A stretch of 46,949 bases of DNA from Limisphaerales bacterium (GTDB lineage: Bacteria; Verrucomicrobiota; Verrucomicrobiia; Limisphaerales; UBA11358), in NCBI GenBank assembly GCA_025360325.1, contig JANYCI010000020.1:1-46949 (forward strand). Direction: 5' to 3'. The notes under the pieces were generated by a model, which saw only the letters and a program-made list of their open reading frames with translations, did no database searches and was not told the DNA's origin. Positions 43,862 through 46,949 of this stretch are shown here, one piece after another (positions within the stretch are counted from its first letter, which is position 1; every line of letters begins with the position of its first letter). The translations under genes and the position numbers were made by a program.

Positions 43862-45112
43862 GTGAGCGAAAACATCATCAATGTCACCAATCTCGCCAAA
43901 TGCTATCCCATCGTCCACAAGGATGAATGGGTAGCAGGCTTGCGGCACAGTGTCGAAAACATTATCCGCAATCCGCTGCGCTCGTTGCTCCAATCGCGCG
44001 AGCAAAAGGAATTATTCTGGGCGCTCAAGGACGTTTCCTTCTCGGTGCAAGCCGGTGAAGTCATCGGCGTCATCGGGCGCAACGGCGCGGGCAAATCCAC
44101 GCTGCTGAAAATTTTGAGCCGCATCACCGAGCCGACGCGTGGGCGCGTGGAACTCAATGGCCGCGTGGCCAGTTTGCTCGAAGTGGCCACCGGTTTTCAC
44201 GGTGATCTTTCCGGGCGCGAAAATATTTTTCTCAACGGCGCGATCCTCGGCATGACGAAGGCGGAGATCACGCGCAAGTTCGATGAGATCGTGGCGTTCT
44301 CCGAGGTCGGCAAATTTCTCGACACGCCGGTGAAACGTTATTCGAGTGGAATGTATATGCGGTTGGCGTTTGCGGTCGCGGCGCATCTGGAGCCGGAAAT
44401 TTTAATCGTGGACGAGGTGCTCGCCGTGGGCGATGCGGCGTTCCAGAAAAAATGTTTGGGCAAGATGCAGGAAGTTTCGCGCAGCCACGGGCGAACCGTT
44501 TTGTTTGTGAGCCACAACATGAGCGCGGTGCAACAACTCACCACGCGCTCGATCATGCTGGAAAAAGGCACGGTAAAATTTTTCGGCTCGACGGAGCAGG
44601 CGGTGGAAATTTATTCCAGCACGGCCGGCGCGGAGGCGGCGACGTTTTTTGACGTGGACCAAGTGCCGCGAAAATTGAAAATGTCCGGCGCGATTCGCCT
44701 CGTGCATTTTCGTTTCGACCGCGTGACGCCGTATTTTGAGGCGGGCGAAGATTTTTCGTTTTGCGCGAAGGTGCGCGCGCTGGAGGATATGCCGCAGTTC
44801 CGCGTCAGCCTCACGATTTCAACGATTGAAGGCACGGCGGTCGGTGCGTGCTTCGGCCCGGAGCGTGCGGGCTTGAAGCGCGGCGAAGAGACAGAGGTGA
44901 AAATCACCTTAAAAAATCCGCGCCTCGCGCCCGGTCGTTATAGTTGCGATGTGGCCGTGGGCCGCGGCAGCCATCGCACCACGCTGACAGATTTCGACGC
45001 GGTGTCGGACACGCTTCAGTTTGAAGTTCTGCCCGAAGAAGGCGAGGCGGGCACCGTGGCCGCGTGGCATCGCAACTGGGGTTCCGTGGCGTTTACCGAT
45101 TTGGCCTACTGA
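43862..45112 (+). CDS. wzt: ABC polysaccharide exporter ATP-binding protein (Wzt) with a C-terminal glycan-binding-type beta-sandwich extension
   Basis: GTG start. Walker A GRNGAGKSTLLK, signature YSSGMYMRLAF and Walker B ILIVDE. About 160 extra C-terminal residues (from roughly 44630) resemble Wzt_C domains. Confidence 0.9.
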   Translation: MSENIINVTNLAKCYPIVHKDEWVAGLRHSVENIIRNPLRSLLQSREQKELFWALKDVSFSVQAGEVIGVIGRNGAGKSTLLKILSRITEPTRGRVELNGRVASLLEVATGFHGDLSGRENIFLNGAILGMTKAEITRKFDEIVAFSEVGKFLDTPVKRYSSGMYMRLAFAVAAHLEPEILIVDEVLAVGDAAFQKKCLGKMQEVSRSHGRTVLFVSHNMSAVQQLTTRSIMLEKGTVKFFGSTEQAVEIYSSTAGAEAATFFDVDQVPRKLKMSGAIRLVHFRFDRVTPYFEAGEDFSFCAKVRALEDMPQFRVSLTISTIEGTAVGACFGPERAGLKRGEETEVKITLKNPRLAPGRYSCDVAVGRGSHRTTLTDFDAVSDTLQFEVLPEEGEAGTVAAWHRNWGSVAFTDLAY

Positions 45113-45117
45113 ATTTT

Positions 45118-45807
45118 ATGGCGGAAGAACTGAAAAAAGATTACGCGGACAAGCGGGAGGATTATTATGAATTCCCCCGCCCGGAAATGCTCCGGCGTTT
45201 CCCCGCCGGTGCGCGGCGCGTGCTGGATGTCGGCTGCGGTGCGGGCACGTTTGGTGCGATCCTCAAAAAAGATCACGGCTGCGAAGTGTGGGGCGTGGAA
45301 CCAGATTTGAAATCTTTTCAGAAAATCGGATCCAAACTGGATCGCGCTTTCCAAGGATTTTTTGACGCGCAAACCGGCTTGCCGGAAAATTATTTCGACG
45401 CCATTTTTTTCAACGACGTGCTCGAGCACATGGTGGATCCGGCGGCGGCGTTGCGGCTCGCCGGCAAGCTACTTGCGCCCGGCGGTAAGGTGATTGCTTC
45501 AATCCCGAACATCCGGCATTTCCCGACGTTGTGGCGGCTGGTGTTTCGCGGCGAATGGCAATATGCCGAGCGCGGAATTTTGGATCGCACACACCTCCGT
45601 TTTTTCACGCGCAGCAACATCGAGGAATTTTTCACGGCGAACGGTTTTCAGATTCGGCAACTCGAAGGCATCAACGAATACCTCGACAGCGCCGCGGGCG
45701 ACCGTGCTATCTGGAAACATTACCGTTTCGTGTCGCGGTTGCCGAACCGGCATTTCCATGATCTGCGTTATTTGCAATTTGCGGTGGTGGCGGAGATCAA
45801 AAAATGA
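45118..45807 (+). CDS. Class I SAM-dependent methyltransferase
   Basis: The ATG at 45118 is 6 nt after the wzt stop. RVLDVGCGAGTFG motif I and FFNDVLEHM. Confidence 0.8.
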   Translation: MAEELKKDYADKREDYYEFPRPEMLRRFPAGARRVLDVGCGAGTFGAILKKDHGCEVWGVEPDLKSFQKIGSKLDRAFQGFFDAQTGLPENYFDAIFFNDVLEHMVDPAAALRLAGKLLAPGGKVIASIPNIRHFPTLWRLVFRGEWQYAERGILDRTHLRFFTRSNIEEFFTANGFQIRQLEGINEYLDSAAGDRAIWKHYRFVSRLPNRHFHDLRYLQFAVVAEIKK

Positions 45808-46787
45808 ACCCGCCGCGTCCAGCACCGCTTGGTATCGTCATCCCCGCCTATAAGACGAAATTTTTGCGGACGGCGCTGCAATCGTTCGCGGCGCAGACGG
45901 ATCAGCGGTTTCAACTTTACGTCGGCGATGACGCCAGCCCGGAGCCGGTGGAGACCATCGTCCACGAATTTTCTCGGAAAATTTCCATTCGTTACCAGCG
46001 CTACAACGAAAACCTGGGGCGGAAATCGCTCGTGAGCCATTGGACGCGCTGCTTGAAACTAACGAGCGAGCCGTGGTTGTGGATTTTTGCGGACGACGAT
46101 TTTCTGGAGCCGGGTTGCGTGGCCGCGTTTTATGCCGAGCTAGAAAAATCCGCCGGGCAGCACGACGCGTATCGTTTTAACACGGTGATAGAAAAGACCA
46201 GTGGCGCACCGGGCGAGACGGCGGTGGAGCGCCCGCAGCATCCCGAACTGCAAAGTGGCCGGGATTTTTTGTGCGACCAGTTGCGCGGCCAGCATAACTG
46301 CAATATGCAGGAAATTATTTTTTCACGCGCGGCGTGGGAGCGCACGGGCATCCCAGATTTTCCGCTGGCGTGGTTTGCGGATGACGCGTTCATCGCCAAC
46401 CTCGGCGGGGAGCGACCGCTGCGCACTATCGCCGCTCCGCGCATTCATTGGCGGTTGAGTCGGGAGAATATTTCTGGCAGCAATTCGCTGACGGTGGTGC
46501 GGCAGAAGTTTCGTGCCGCCGCGCAGTTCGTGCACTGGGCGTCCGAATTTTTGGCCGCGCAAAAAATGGCTGCGCCCGCAGCGGCGCAACTCACGCAACA
46601 CTGGTATTTCAATTATCTCCTGCCGCAGGAAATTTTTCTCGACAGCGAGTGCATCCGCGCCACGCAGGAATTATCCCGCCGTTATTGGGGGCGCTCGGCT
46701 GGTCGCGCGCGGCTGAAGCTGGTGGCCTTCAACGCCCGGCTGCTGGCAAAAAAAACCGTGCGGGCCACCCGCCGAAAATTGAGCTGA
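45804..46787 (+). CDS. GT2-family glycosyltransferase
   Basis: ATGA overlap with the upstream gene. LGIVIPAYKTKFL...LYVGDDASPEP...IFADDD. Confidence 0.8.
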   Translation: MNPPRPAPLGIVIPAYKTKFLRTALQSFAAQTDQRFQLYVGDDASPEPVETIVHEFSRKISIRYQRYNENLGRKSLVSHWTRCLKLTSEPWLWIFADDDFLEPGCVAAFYAELEKSAGQHDAYRFNTVIEKTSGAPGETAVERPQHPELQSGRDFLCDQLRGQHNCNMQEIIFSRAAWERTGIPDFPLAWFADDAFIANLGGERPLRTIAAPRIHWRLSRENISGSNSLTVVRQKFRAAAQFVHWASEFLAAQKMAAPAAAQLTQHWYFNYLLPQEIFLDSECIRATQELSRRYWGRSAGRARLKLVAFNARLLAKKTVRATRRKLS

Positions 46788-46790
46788 ACC

Positions 46791-46949
46791 ATGTCTAACC
46801 AACCTGCCATCTCTGTGATCATCCCTGCGTTCAACCGAGGGTATTGTTTAGGGGCGACGTTGGGGAGCGTGCTGGCGCAGACGTTTGGGGATTTTGAAGT
46901 GATCGTGGTGGATGACGGTTCGACGGATGACACGGTGGCGGTGGCGCGA
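46791..46949 (+). CDS. GT2-family glycosyltransferase, 3'-truncated by the window edge
   Basis: Own translation from the ATG at 46791: [53 protein letters not shown]. The frame is open to the last base. Confidence 0.7.
   Translation, partial: MSNQPAISVIIPAFNRGYCLGATLGSVLAQTFGDFEVIVVDDGSTDDTVAVAR

Noticed and set aside
1-46949. Mobile elements, CRISPR arrays, tRNA/rRNA genes and defence systems.
   Set aside because: I saw no transposase, integrase or recombinase-like ORF, no terminal inverted repeats, no regularly spaced repeats, no cloverleaf-like or rRNA-like segments, and no nuclease or toxin-type gene pairs. The window is fully accounted for by flanking surface-protein genes and the glycan locus.

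Overview
All credible genes in this 46.9 kb window are on the + strand. Family calls come from by-eye motif recognition only; no searches were run.

Bases 1-4540 are ordinary flanking genes:
- the 3' part of a large secreted Ig-like repeat protein
- a DUF4337-type membrane protein
- two lipoproteins
- two small ORFs

Bases 4567-4977 are an ORF-poor spacer that looks AT-richer by eye. It contains a promoter-like site, several hairpins and an intrinsic-terminator-like stem plus T-run. It leads into a specialised NusG/RfaH/UpxY/LoaP-type antiterminator paralogue at 4978-5559.

From 5669 to the window end there is one uninterrupted co-directional glycan-biosynthesis supercluster of about 38 genes, and it continues past the 3' edge. 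Eight gene junctions are 4-nt ATGA/GTGA start/stop overlaps. Contents:
- Initiation and sugar precursors: an initiating phosphoglycosyl transferase, and two paralogous WbpB-like oxidoreductase / WbpD-like acetyltransferase pairs with a single WbpE-like aminotransferase (diacetamido-uronic acid type chemistry).
- Assembly: a Wzz/PCP protein fused to a degenerate BY-kinase-like ATPase, and an O-antigen ligase/polymerase-like protein.
- Tailoring: three polysaccharide-deacetylase-like proteins (one fused to a GT4), an MBOAT plus SGNH-like O-acylation pair, a secreted beta-helix enzyme, and two FemAB/CelD-type GNATs.
- Amide formation and methylation: two AsnB-type amidotransferases (one lacking the catalytic Cys), and FkbM- and class I-type methyltransferases.
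- Glycosyltransferases and export: GT2, GT4 and GT9 transferases, and a Wzm/Wzt ABC exporter whose Wzt carries a C-terminal glycan-binding-type domain.

The most unusual part is a carrier-protein cassette at 28061-34242. It has an FkbH-like HAD-IIIC loader, a hexapeptide acyltransferase, a TylF-type O-methyltransferase and a stand-alone acyl carrier protein, followed by two translationally coupled large proteins of unknown function. This suggests an uncharacterised ACP-dependent, possibly glycerate-derived, acyl decoration of a polysaccharide.

No tRNA, rRNA, CRISPR array, transposase or integrase was seen. The protein styles suggest a Verrucomicrobiota or Planctomycetota-like host, but that is only an impression.
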